Source of the DNA: Chlorobaculum sp.
Lineage (GTDB): Bacteria; Bacteroidota; Chlorobiia; Chlorobiales; Chlorobiaceae
Reading direction: 5' to 3'
Assembly (NCBI GenBank): GCA_035561035.1
Contig: DATMYI010000064.1
Coordinates: forward strand, 6,414-70,413
DNA: 64,000 nucleotides
The notes beneath the pieces were generated by a model, which was not told the origin of the DNA, did not search any database, and worked only from the letters and a program-made list of their open reading frames with translations. The position numbers and the translations under genes were made by a program. Positions 9,085 to 18,109 of this stretch are shown here, in pieces (position 1 is the first letter of the stretch; the number at the start of each line of letters is the position of its first letter).

Positions 9085-10386
9085 TTATTTGAGTTTGCGT
9101 TTGTCAATCACACGCTGCGCCTTGCCCATGCTGCGTTCGATCGTGCCCGGCTCCACCAGCCTTACTGCGGCGTGCAGACCGAGCGTACTGGCAAGGTTGG
9201 ACTGGATGCGCTTGCGAAGCCCTTCGAGCTCCTTGACCTCGTCGGAGAAGAACTGGTCCTCGACTTCGACCTGGACTTCGAGGGTATCGAGGTTGTTTTC
9301 GCGGTCAACCACCAGCAGATAGTGCGGGCGGGTTTCGCTCATTTCGAGCAGTACCGATTCGACCTGCGACGGGAAGACGTTCACGCCGCGGATGATGAGC
9401 ATGTCGTCCGAACGTCCGACGCACTTCTCCATGCGTACGAGCGTGCGGCCGCACTCGCACCAGTCAGCGTGCAGGCGCGTAAGGTCGCGCGTACGGTAGC
9501 GCAGGAGGGGCAGGGCCTCCTTGGTCACCGTGGTGAAGACCAGTTCGCCGAGCTCTCCGTATGGCAGTACCTCGCAGGTTACCGGGTCGATGATCTCGGG
9601 GATGAAATGGTCTTCGAAAACGTGCATCCCTTTCTGGCATGCGCACTCCATCGAGACGCCGGGGCCGATCACCTCGGAGAGGCCGTAGATGTCGAACGCC
9701 TTGAGGCCCAGCAGCTTCTCGATTTCGGAGCGCATCTCCTCGGTCCATGGTTCGGCACCGAAGATACCCGCCCTGAGCTTGATTCTGGAGCGGTCGATCT
9801 TCTCCTCGACGATCGCCTCGCCGAGAAACGCCGCGTAGGATGGGGTGCAGGCGATGGCCGTCGATCCGAAATCCTCCATAAGCTGGAGCTGCTTTTTGGT
9901 GTTGCCGCCGGAGATCGGGATCACCGAAGCGCCCACCTTCTCGGCTCCGTAATGCAATCCCAACCCTCCGGTGAAGAGGCCGTATCCGTAGGCCACCTGG
10001 ACGATGTCGTTTTTCGTGACGCCGGCCATGGTCAGCGAGCGGGCGACCACTTCGGACCACATCATGATATCGTTATGGGTGTAGCCGACCACGGTCGATT
10101 TGCCGGTCGTGCCGCTGGATGCGTGGAAGCGCACGACATCCTGCTGCGGGACGGCGAACAGGCCGAACGGATAGTTGTCACGCAGGTCCTGTTTTGTGGT
10201 GAATGGCAGCTTTTTCAGGTCGTCGATCGATCTGATGTCTCCAGGTTCGATTCCCAGTTCCTGCAGCCTGTTGCGGTAGAAGGGGACGTTGAAGTAGATT
10301 CGTTCCACCATGTCCCGCAGACGCTGGCCCTGCAATTTCGCCAGCTGTTCGCGATCCATGCACTCGTGATACTCATTCCAGATCAT
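9085..10386 (-). CDS. paaK: Phenylacetate--CoA ligase family protein
   Basis: [65 protein letters not shown]. Confidence 0.92.
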   Translation of the reverse strand: MIWNEYHECMDREQLAKLQGQRLRDMVERIYFNVPFYRNRLQELGIEPGDIRSIDDLKKLPFTTKQDLRDNYPFGLFAVPQQDVVRFHASSGTTGKSTVVGYTHNDIMMWSEVVARSLTMAGVTKNDIVQVAYGYGLFTGGLGLHYGAEKVGASVIPISGGNTKKQLQLMEDFGSTAIACTPSYAAFLGEAIVEEKIDRSRIKLRAGIFGAEPWTEEMRSEIEKLLGLKAFDIYGLSEVIGPGVSMECACQKGMHVFEDHFIPEIIDPVTCEVLPYGELGELVFTTVTKEALPLLRYRTRDLTRLHADWCECGRTLVRMEKCVGRSDDMLIIRGVNVFPSQVESVLLEMSETRPHYLLVVDRENNLDTLEVQVEVEDQFFSDEVKELEGLRKRIQSNLASTLGLHAAVRLVEPGTIERSMGKAQRVIDKRKLK

Positions 10387-10397
10387 GAATGGTGAGA

Positions 10398-10973
10398 TTA
10401 GGTGTTAGAAAGCTGCTGTCCCAAACGGAACGCCATGATATTAATATCGATGATTTCCCGCCCTTTTCCCCCGAAAAGAGCTTCGATGCCCGCTTCGAGT
10501 CGTTCCGTGCCGATGCCGGTGAACGGCGCTGCGGCTCCGAGCATCACCATGTTCGACGCACGCGCGCTGCCGGACTGGCGGGCCAGTTCGGCAGCGTTGA
10601 CCAGCACGGGGCGGTCGGTTTTGCCGAGTTCGGAAAGGATTTCCTCCATCGCCGGGTAGCCGGGCATGTTGACGAACGGCTCCAGAGAGGTGACCACCCT
10701 GCCACCCGGTGCGAGATAGGGCAGGTAGCGCAGGGCTTCGAGCGGTTCGACCGACAGGATGAGATCAGCCGTGCCGAGCGAGATCAGGTCCGCGAAGAGC
10801 TCATGGTCAGCTATGCGGAGATGCGACTGTACGGCGCCTCCGCGCTGGCTCATGCCGTGCACTTCGGCCTGGCGGATTTCGAGCCCTCCGTTCAGGGCCG
10901 CCCAATCGATGACGGCGGCGATGGTGAGGATACCCTGGCCGCCAACTCCGGCGAGAATGATGTTTTTCTGCAT
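10398..10973 (-). CDS. iorB: Indolepyruvate:ferredoxin oxidoreductase beta subunit
   Basis: [29 protein letters not shown]. Confidence 0.92.
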   Translation of the reverse strand: MQKNIILAGVGGQGILTIAAVIDWAALNGGLEIRQAEVHGMSQRGGAVQSHLRIADHELFADLISLGTADLILSVEPLEALRYLPYLAPGGRVVTSLEPFVNMPGYPAMEEILSELGKTDRPVLVNAAELARQSGSARASNMVMLGAAAPFTGIGTERLEAGIEALFGGKGREIIDINIMAFRLGQQLSNT

Positions 10974-10979
10974 GTTCGG

Positions 10980-12584
10980 TTACTGCCCTGTTGCCGCAGC
11001 GCGGCGTTTTTTCTTCGCGGCGGACTCGATGCACTCCCGCTGTGCGATCACCACCGAAACTCCGTCATAGTCGAACTCTTCGCGCAGGACGGCGACGTTT
11101 TTCTCAAGGTGCTGTTTCAGCGGAACGATGAGCCGGATGTGTCGTTCGTCAACGCCGAGCCCCCGGCAGATATCGACGAGCTTCGAGCCCGAAGCCGACG
11201 AGTGCTGGCCGCCGGTCATGGCGGTCGTATCGTTGTCGGCGATGATGACCGTTATGGGGGTGCGGTCGTTGATGGCGTCGAGCAGCCCGGTCATGCCGGA
11301 ATGGGCGAAGGTCGAGTCGCCGATGACCGCCACGGCAGGGCTCAGGCCTGCATCGGCCGCACCCTTGGCCATGGTGATGGATGCCCCCATGTCGACGCAG
11401 GTGTGGATCGCGTTGTAGGGCGACAGCGCTCCGAGTGTGTAGCAGCCGATGTCCGAAAAGACATGGTTCTCCTTATGCTCCTTCATGACGATGTTGATCG
11501 CGTCGAACATGTCCCGGTGTCCGCATCCCTTGCACAGTTCCGGCGGCCGGTTGACCACGATGCCCGGCACGGCGGCCCTGGCCGGCGGTTCGACGCCGAG
11601 CGCCGCGGCCACCAGGTCGGTCGTGAGCTCGCCTGCCCGAGGCAGGGTTCCGTCCATGCGGCCCCTGACCTTCGACGATCCGAAATAGCCCCGGAAAAGC
11701 TCCTCGTAGACCGGGTATCCCTCCTCGACGACCAGCACGGTGTCGCAAGCTTCGAAGAGCTCGTTCACCTGGGGCCTGGGAAGGGGGTACTGGCCGATTT
11801 TCAGCACCCGGCATCCGATGCCGTAGGCAAGCCGCGCTTCCATCACATAGTTGTACCCGATGCCGAAGGCGATGACGCCGACAGGGCCGAGCCCCTGGAC
11901 CGGCTGGTTCAGGAACGACGATTCGGAGAGCTCCTCGAGCAGCGGCTGGAGCTCGAGGAGGTGCCTGTACTGCACCCGGGCGTTATGAGGCATGAGCACG
12001 TAGCGATCTGGTGCGTACTCGGCAAGGAGAGCGTTCTGTTCGAGCGCCTTTCTTCTCACGACGCCGGCGCGGGAGTGAGACAGGCGCGTCGTCATCCGCA
12101 CGATGACCGGCAGTTCAACCGATTCCGACAGCTCGAAAGCATGGAACATCGCGTCGTAAAGCTCCTGCTGCGAGGAGGGTTCGAGCACCGGCACCATGGC
12201 GAACTTTCCGTAGAAACGGCTGTCCTGCTCGTTCTGCGACGAGTGCATGGAGGGGTCGTCGGCCACGGCGAGCACCAACCCGCCGTTCACGCCGGTGATG
12301 GCCGAGTTGATGAATGCGTCCGCAGCGACGTTCAGCCCGACGTGCTTCATGCATACGAGGCTGCGCTTTCCGGCGTACGACATGCCGAGGGCGGCTTCGT
12401 ATGCGGTCTTTTCGTTGGTCGACCATGAGGAGCGTACCCCGTGTTCGCGGGCCTCCTTTGATCGCTGGATGAATTCGGTGATTTCGGTGGAAGGGGTACC
12501 GGGATAGGCATAGACACCTGAAATCCCGGCATCGATCGCGCCCTGCGCGACGGCCTCCGCACCAAGCAGGAGTTGACGGTTCAT
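10980..12584 (-). CDS. iorA: Indolepyruvate:ferredoxin oxidoreductase alpha subunit
   Basis: YPGTPSTE, NEKTA, MKHVGLNVAAD, DDPSMHSSQNEQD, RPPELCKGCGHR, GDSTFAHSG (TPP); no C-terminal ferredoxin domain. Confidence 0.92.
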   Translation of the reverse strand: MNRQLLLGAEAVAQGAIDAGISGVYAYPGTPSTEITEFIQRSKEAREHGVRSSWSTNEKTAYEAALGMSYAGKRSLVCMKHVGLNVAADAFINSAITGVNGGLVLAVADDPSMHSSQNEQDSRFYGKFAMVPVLEPSSQQELYDAMFHAFELSESVELPVIVRMTTRLSHSRAGVVRRKALEQNALLAEYAPDRYVLMPHNARVQYRHLLELQPLLEELSESSFLNQPVQGLGPVGVIAFGIGYNYVMEARLAYGIGCRVLKIGQYPLPRPQVNELFEACDTVLVVEEGYPVYEELFRGYFGSSKVRGRMDGTLPRAGELTTDLVAAALGVEPPARAAVPGIVVNRPPELCKGCGHRDMFDAINIVMKEHKENHVFSDIGCYTLGALSPYNAIHTCVDMGASITMAKGAADAGLSPAVAVIGDSTFAHSGMTGLLDAINDRTPITVIIADNDTTAMTGGQHSSASGSKLVDICRGLGVDERHIRLIVPLKQHLEKNVAVLREEFDYDGVSVVIAQRECIESAAKKKRRAAATGQ

Positions 12585-12929
12585 GCGAGGTATAAAACTT
12601 GATGGATTCCCAAAGATCAGAAAATTTTTGTTCTGAAGGGAGCGATAAAAACAGAATCCTGCATTTCGGTCTGTTTCCGGCGGATTTCAATGTCGGGCGG
12701 ATGCATCCTGCCGGAGCTCAAGGGTATGTATTGCATAACACCAGAAGCATCCGGCGCTCTGTTACAGCCATTCGGCATGAAGGTTTCATTGCGAATCTCT
12801 TGATCTCTTGCTTATGTTTATCTGTTCAGCTTTCGATTCCTTCCCTCGCTGTTGTTTTGTCATATTTCTTTAATCTTGAAGCACCCATAAGAGGAACTTC
12901 TCTCATAACGCCAACTAAAGAATTGGTTT

Positions 12930-13574
12930 ATGGATAAAACGAACAGCGAACTGTCCGGATTTGTCGGCGAGGCGCTCCGGAAGGATATTCCCCGCGGCCG
13001 GATAAAAGAGGCATTGCTTAAGGCCGGGTGGCAGCCGGAGCGGGTCGACCGGGTGCTTGAAGAGTATGCGGAGATCGATTTTCCCATTCCGGTACCGAAA
13101 CCGAAACCCTACCTGTCGGCCCGGGAAGCCTTTTTCTACCTCCTGCTTTTCGTTTCGCTCTACATCACCGCCTTCAATTTCGGAAGCCTCCTTTTCGTCT
13201 TTATTGAGCAGGCGATTCCCGATCCTGCTTCGCAGGCCGACATTGAGCGATTGACTGTCGATACTATCCGCGGGGCCGTTTCGGCGCTGATCGTGGCGTT
13301 TCCGCTGTTCCTGTACCTGTCCCGGAAAATCGGCATCGAACTGCTGAGTTCACCGGTGGGAAGGTCATCCGGCATCCGTCGATGGCTTACCTACATCACC
13401 CTGTTTATCGCATCGTGCATCATTATCGGCGATGTCTCAATACTGCTCTACAATCTTCTCGGTGGAGAACTGACCCTTCGCTTCATCCTCAAATCGATTG
13501 TCGTCGTCGCCATATCCGGCACCATTTTCCTCTACTATCTCAATGGTTTGCGCAAGGAGGAGAAGGAGGCATGA
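12930..13574 (+). CDS. Membrane protein, DUF5671-like
   Basis: AREAFFYLLLFVSLY...IRRWLTYITLF...LLGGELTLRFILK; four TM segments. Confidence 0.7.
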   Translation: MDKTNSELSGFVGEALRKDIPRGRIKEALLKAGWQPERVDRVLEEYAEIDFPIPVPKPKPYLSAREAFFYLLLFVSLYITAFNFGSLLFVFIEQAIPDPASQADIERLTVDTIRGAVSALIVAFPLFLYLSRKIGIELLSSPVGRSSGIRRWLTYITLFIASCIIIGDVSILLYNLLGGELTLRFILKSIVVVAISGTIFLYYLNGLRKEEKEA

Positions 13575-13975
13575 AGAGTTTCGGAAAGGATCGGGCGCTG
13601 GCAGCGATCGCCGTCGTTCTTGTCGTTGCGGCCATCATTCGCGGCCTGTTCATGATCGGACCGCTCGACGGGCAGCGAAAAAGAAAGTTCGACGACAAGC
13701 GCACAGCGGACCTTCAGCAGGTCGCAACCTTGATCGATTATTACTACACTACCCATCACGAACTTCCGGAATATATCGGTATGGTTTACAGGGAGACAGG
13801 AATAAACAGGCTGCCTCTGGATCCTGAAACAGGAGAGAGCTATTCCTACAGGATCATTTCCTCCGACAGCTACGAGCTTTGCGCGAAGTTTTCCATGAAA
13901 TCCGACGACCGAACAGATTTCCGCTGGGCGCACAACACCGGCAAAACCTGTTATCGGCTGAGCGTTCGTCACTGA
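13571..13975 (+). CDS. Membrane-anchored protein with pseudopilin-like C-terminal domain
   Basis: ATG overlaps the upstream TGA (ATGA) after AGGAGG; N-terminal TM then DDKRTADLQQV...YY...LP...DPETGESYSY...YELCAKF. Confidence 0.7.
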   Translation: MKSFGKDRALAAIAVVLVVAAIIRGLFMIGPLDGQRKRKFDDKRTADLQQVATLIDYYYTTHHELPEYIGMVYRETGINRLPLDPETGESYSYRIISSDSYELCAKFSMKSDDRTDFRWAHNTGKTCYRLSVRH

Positions 13976-14090
13976 GCATTCAAGCCTGTCGGTATCAGAA
14001 AATCGGTATCGTTTCAATCAATAACGTTCGGGATTTTTCCGATTTTCTTATCCCTGTTCCGATATAATCCCGTCGCGTTCGATTAATGGA

Positions 14091-14130
14091 TAAGGGCCGA
14101 TTGAAAAATCAGATTCGATTCATTACGTTA
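14091..14130 (+). promoter_or_regulatory. Putative sigma70-type promoter, copy 1 of a duplicated 40-bp block
   Basis: TTGAAA-N17-TACGTT; 35/40 identical to 15271-15310. Confidence 0.6.
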
Positions 14131-14345
14131 TACACTAATGCGTCATATCAATCCAGGCGCATCCTTTCCTGCCATTGGTGACTGTTGACCGGGATTCCCT
14201 GTTAAACCAATCCTCCTGGTATCTGGGGTTGTTTACATCTTTTCTGGAAGCGCAGGGTAATCGGCCTCATTCCATAACGTTCCTGTTGTTGCCGTTTCAA
14301 TATCCTGACGACAATGTTCCTTTTACCAAAACTGAAGGAGATCTC

Positions 14346-15062
14346 ATGACCTATTTCCGTTCGACCATTTCGGCACTGTTACTTGTCGTGTTTTCTCTGG
14401 TCCTGAGTCAACGGGCCTTCGCTACCACAGCGGATGACGACGCGAATGCCGCCAATGAACTCAATGCCGGTGTCGTTCTTGTCAAGGCTAAGCAGCCTGC
14501 CCAGGCTCTCGAGCATTTCGATAAAGTCATCTCGAACTTTGAGTCCCGGTACCACGATTCCTCCACAACCTATTACAGCGCAAGGACAGACAAGGAGAAG
14601 AGTTACTACCAGCTGAATGCGCCCAACCCATCGAAAACGGTTGTGCTTTCATCGGACTGGGCTTATGGTTACTACTATAAAAGCTATAGCCTCACGGAGC
14701 TCGGTCGTGTTCCGGAAGCTATAACACTTCTCCAGAAAGCGCTTTCGATGTCGCCCCAGAACGCCCAGTTCATGGAGGAGCTCGGGTACCACTACCAGAA
14801 CCAGAAGAATTGGGCTGCGGCGCTCGACCTGTTCAAAAAAGCCGAGTTTGCCTCGAAGGAGTTCACGCCGCAGGAGTATCGCAACGCGGAGCTCGCCAGG
14901 GCCTGGAGAGGTATCGGCTACGTGTATGTGGAGTATGGTCGCCTCGATGAAGCGACAGCGATCTATCGCCAGTGCCTCGAACTCAACGCGAATGATGAAA
15001 AGGCAAAGGGCGAGTTGGAGTACATCGACAATTTGAAAGGCAAAACCCCGGCCAGGAAATAA
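14346..15062 (+). CDS. Exported TPR protein
   Basis: GAAGGAG RBS before ATG 14346; signal peptide ending in AFA; TPR motifs (ELGYHYQNQKNWAAALDLFKKA; AWRGIGYVYVEYGRLDEATAIYRQCLELN). Confidence 0.85.
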   Translation: MTYFRSTISALLLVVFSLVLSQRAFATTADDDANAANELNAGVVLVKAKQPAQALEHFDKVISNFESRYHDSSTTYYSARTDKEKSYYQLNAPNPSKTVVLSSDWAYGYYYKSYSLTELGRVPEAITLLQKALSMSPQNAQFMEELGYHYQNQKNWAAALDLFKKAEFASKEFTPQEYRNAELARAWRGIGYVYVEYGRLDEATAIYRQCLELNANDEKAKGELEYIDNLKGKTPARK

Positions 15063-15270
15063 ACTCGGGGACAGCCTGTTTTTCTGCCCGTTTGTCATTG
15101 AAGGAGAGAAAACGGGCAACTGATGGTAACGGATAACCGGGCAACCGGGTTTTATTGCGGGGGACACCTGAATGAAGCCCAGGTGCCCATTTTTATTCTC
15201 ATTTCCTGTCAGCAGGGATCGCGTGCGCTGTAATCCGTCACCCGATTTTGTTTATTGCTCCTCAATCATT

Positions 15271-15310
15271 TACGGGTCGATTGATAAATCAGATCCTATT
15301 CATTACGTTA
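15271..15310 (+). promoter_or_regulatory. Putative sigma70-type promoter, copy 2
   Basis: TTGATA-N17-TACGTT; 35/40 identical to 14091-14130. Confidence 0.6.
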
Positions 15311-15407
15311 ATAGATAACAGGTTGCCGTAATACGAGTTGCAGCCATTCCTCCCTTCCCGGCGTCTGTTGATTAATTTGTCATCCAGCCAACCAAACACG
15401 ACAAGAG

Positions 15408-15857
15408 ATGCAAGTATCAGACGGTTGCTTAAACCTTATCAGAAAGAGCGAAGGCTTCCAGGCCAAACCATATCGCTGTCCCGCAGGAATACCCACCATA
15501 GGCTACGGATCGACCCGCTATGCCGACGGCACACCGGTGAAACTGACCGACCCGCCGATCACGCAGCAACAGGCGGACGACATCATGCACGCAACCCTCA
15601 AGACCTATGAAGATGCCGTTAACCGCTACGTCGCCGTCCCGATCAACCAGAACCAGTTCGACGCCCTCGTTGACTTCGCCTACAACGCAGGAGCCCAGAA
15701 CCTTAAAAGCAGCACGTTGCTGAAGATTCTCAACACAGGCGATTACAAGAAGGCAGCACCAGAGTTCGACAAGTGGGTCTATGGCGGCGGGAAGAAGCTT
15801 GGCGGACTGGTGACGAGGAGAGGGTTGGAGCGGGCGTTGTTTGAACAGGTGGTGTGA
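15408..15857 (+). CDS. Phage-type lysozyme (GH24 muramidase)
   Basis: LIRKSEG...PYRCPAGIPTIGYGST (E-8aa-C-5aa-T triad), NQNQFDALVDFAYNAG, GLVTRRGLERALF. Confidence 0.93.
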   Translation: MQVSDGCLNLIRKSEGFQAKPYRCPAGIPTIGYGSTRYADGTPVKLTDPPITQQQADDIMHATLKTYEDAVNRYVAVPINQNQFDALVDFAYNAGAQNLKSSTLLKILNTGDYKKAAPEFDKWVYGGGKKLGGLVTRRGLERALFEQVV

Positions 15858-15950
15858 TTTCGGGGTTGAATGATTAAAAAAAATGGACTTTGTTCCAGTT
15901 CGATTACGACTCAGTGTTCCTGAGTCCACAATGTTCCCCAGTATAAAGTC

Positions 15951-16613
15951 ATGGAGCTACTTTACAAGTTTAAACCTGCCGAACCGCTTGCGCATATAGT
16001 CGACATTTTGCTTGAACATCGACTGTACTGTGCTAATTACACTGAGCTTAATGATCCTTTTGAGGGCCAATTCATAACTGAATTTCGTGATAGCCCTGAA
16101 ATGCGAGCAATCTTTGCGTCTATTACAGGGCTATCATTACTTACCATACCAACGAATAAGCTTGTAAGATCCCTGAAGGATATCACAGAGCTTCCTTTAA
16201 CTGCTACTGCAAATAGGATATGCAGTTTGACATCCTGTCCGGTCGACGTTCGCCTTTGGTCACATTACGCATCTGGTCATACAGGCTTAGCTTTTGAGCT
16301 TAATACTGATGGGCTCAACCCTCCTGCTCGCGAAGTGATCTATGCTTCCAATATTATGAAAGGTGGGACAGGGCTACTTGGTGCTCCAACAGCTGAAGAT
16401 GTTCTTACACGAAAGACGGACCATTGGGAATACGAGCAGGAATACAGGATCGTAACAAATGAAACGTATGTGTCTGTCTCAGGTCGAATTACCCGGATTA
16501 TATTAGGGGCAAGAGCCTCTGACACACTCGAAAGACTCGTTCGACGGTTAGTCGACGTCAATATCGAAGTCACCAAAGCAGAACTTGATGTTGAGGGGAT
16601 CCAAATACCTTAA
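15951..16613 (+). CDS. DUF2971-like protein
   Basis: LYKF...LNDPFEG...ICSL...LWSHYASGHTG...VIY...KTDHWEYEQEYR; visibly AT-richer than neighbours. Confidence 0.8.
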   Translation: MELLYKFKPAEPLAHIVDILLEHRLYCANYTELNDPFEGQFITEFRDSPEMRAIFASITGLSLLTIPTNKLVRSLKDITELPLTATANRICSLTSCPVDVRLWSHYASGHTGLAFELNTDGLNPPAREVIYASNIMKGGTGLLGAPTAEDVLTRKTDHWEYEQEYRIVTNETYVSVSGRITRIILGARASDTLERLVRRLVDVNIEVTKAELDVEGIQIP

Positions 16614-16909
16614 ACCCGATAATCTTAAGGGAAAAAATCGGATCACTCCTTATTAAAAACACTAACGGGTGGTTAGGCAAGTCTGAGTCTGCATGAGACC
16701 GCATCGTATGATAAGGGACGCATTTCTGTTGTTACCTTTGAACTTTGCTGGTTGCAGCCAATGCTGGCTGCGGGATGCACGATATTGCGCGGAGTTTTAG
16801 TGACTGTCGGTGAATCGCCTTAAAAAGTTGAAAAGCACCTCTCCGTAAAAATGATGGATTTTATCGGTGATGTCGGTATCTCCATCCACCTCTTTTGCAA
16901 AGAATAAGC

Positions 16910-16945
16910 AAGGGACCAAAAGGACTTAAGGGACCAAAGGGACCT
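16910..16945 (+). repeat. 9-bp tandem array A
   Basis: AAGGGACCA AAAGGACTT AAGGGACCA AAGGGACCT. Confidence 0.85.
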
Positions 16946-17208
16946 AAAGTTAAGAACTGGATCACGAGACTCTGTTCTGGTTATTGGCAGAAAGGAAAAA
17001 CGGGAAGCTCGTTATTAACAACACTAATGAGCGCAAGACAAGTTGAGGTCAAATGAGACTGCGTGGTTATGTACCTGTGCTGTCCTGCTCGGCAACCGGA
17101 AGGGATTTGTCTTCGAATCCAATGGACATGCAGATGTCGAGGGCTGACAGGTACTTCAAATTAAAATCAAATAATACTGCCAGTTAACGGTGGCGGTGCT
17201 TGAGAAGA

Positions 17209-17244
17209 AAGGGACTAAAAGGACGCTAAGGACCAAAGGGACTT
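17209..17244 (+). repeat. 9-bp tandem array B
   Basis: AAGGGACTA AAAGGACGC TAAGGACCA AAGGGACTT. Confidence 0.85.
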
Positions 17245-17295
17245 AAAGGGGAAGATGGATGGTGTGATTCTGTTCTGGTGTACGAACTCTTTTTT

Positions 17296-17331
17296 ATGTC
17301 CCTTGCGTCTCTTATGTCCTTTGGGTCCTTT
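17296..17331 (-). repeat. 9-bp tandem array C (inverted)
   Basis: Minus strand AAAGGACCC AAAGGACAT AAGAGACGC AAGGGACAT. Confidence 0.85.
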
Positions 17332-17424
17332 TTTATCCTTTGTGTGTTGTAAAAACAACGTAAATATTATATTTCTTCATCGGGAGATCCTCTTCCGTTT
17401 CCTCCACCAAACCCCTGATGATTA

Positions 17425-17985
17425 GTGCTTAACGACGGCTTCATTCCATGCCATGGCGGGTACAAAAACCTGCTCTCGTTCAGGAAGGCTGAGGTCATCT
17501 ATGACGCCACAGTCAGTTTTACCCGTCGTTTTTTACACAGTCGTGACCGGACTGTCGATCAGATGGTTCAGGCGGCCCGCTCCGGGAAACAGAACATTAT
17601 CGAGGGCAGCATGGCATCCGGAACCTCAAAAGAAACGGAGATCAAGTTGACGAGTGTCGCCAGGGCAAGTCTCGAAGAGCTTCTTGCTGATTACAAGGAT
17701 TATCTGAGAGTGAACGGCTTGGAAGAGTGGGATGCAAAACATCCTTATGCTGTTCGATTGCGTGAACTTAACCGTTTGCCTGATGCTGGTTACGAAACGT
17801 TCAGGAACGGGGTCGAGCACGAAAATCCCGAAATTTGCGCGAATGTGGTTATCGGCCTGATCAAGGTATGCTGTTACCTGCTTGATCGACAACTTCGAAG
17901 CATTGAACTTGAATTCCTTGAGCATGGGGGAATCCGCGAGCGCATGACGAAAGCCCGGCGAGAGCAGCTGAAGAGCCGAAAATAA
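17425..17985 (+). CDS. Four-helix-bundle protein (23S rRNA-IVP/Avd-like) with suffix domain
   Basis: GTG start; HGGYKNLLSFRKAEVIYDAT...RTVDQMVQAARSGKQNIIEGS...KLTSVARASLEELLADYKDYL...ANVVIGLI...YLLDRQL...FLEHGGIRERMTKAR. Confidence 0.88.
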   Translation: MLNDGFIPCHGGYKNLLSFRKAEVIYDATVSFTRRFLHSRDRTVDQMVQAARSGKQNIIEGSMASGTSKETEIKLTSVARASLEELLADYKDYLRVNGLEEWDAKHPYAVRLRELNRLPDAGYETFRNGVEHENPEICANVVIGLIKVCCYLLDRQLRSIELEFLEHGGIRERMTKARREQLKSRK

Positions 17986-18020
17986 AGGGTCCAAAAGGAC
18001 GCAAAGGACCAAAGGGACAT
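17985..18020 (+). repeat. 9-bp tandem array D (starts in the stop codon of the four-helix-bundle gene)
   Basis: AAGGGTCCA AAAGGACGC AAAGGACCA AAGGGACAT. Confidence 0.85.
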
Positions 18021-18073
18021 AAGGGTGAAGAAATTCAATTTCTTTCCCCCTCTTGTATTCATGGCCATCCTTT

Positions 18074-18109
18074 TGGTCCTTTAAGTCCCTTAAGTCCTTT
18101 TGGTCCCTT
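18074..18109 (-). repeat. 9-bp tandem array E (inverted)
   Basis: Minus strand AAGGGACCA AAAGGACTT AAGGGACTT AAAGGACCA; first 25 nt identical to array A. Confidence 0.85.

Larger units (their letters stand above)
16627..17278 (+). repeat. Degenerate tandem duplication of a ~300-360 bp non-coding unit
   Basis: 16627-16710 resembles 16991-17071 (TTATTAAMAACACTAA...CAAGT...ATGAGACYGC...TATG); both units end in a 9-bp array followed by TCTGTTCTGG (16971, 17269). Confidence 0.65.

Noticed and set aside
10389-12428. Long antisense ORFs (also 9172-10395, 48674-50527, 50850-52208, 53453-54688, 59660-61081)
   Set aside because: Shadow frames opposite well-conserved GC-rich genes, with no recognisable motifs
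15408-15857. Prophage
   Set aside because: The lysozyme is the only phage-type gene; no holin, structural, terminase or integrase genes nearby
16660-16678. Integron attC/attI site (CTAAC...GTTAGGC)
   Set aside because: Only 5 nt separate AAC and GTT, too short for attC; no integron integrase; the core is not kept in the second copy of the block
16910-16949. Arrays as collagen-like coding sequence (GPK-GLK-GPK-GPK in one frame)
   Set aside because: They do not lie in a credible ORF, occur on both strands, and vary at non-synonymous positions
17425-17985. Diversity-generating retroelement or 23S rRNA intervening sequence
   Set aside because: No reverse transcriptase, no TR/VR pair with adenine-specific mismatches seen, and no rRNA sequence around the gene
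16910-18109. 9-bp arrays as a CRISPR array
   Set aside because: Units are contiguous 9-mers without unique spacers, and no cas genes are present
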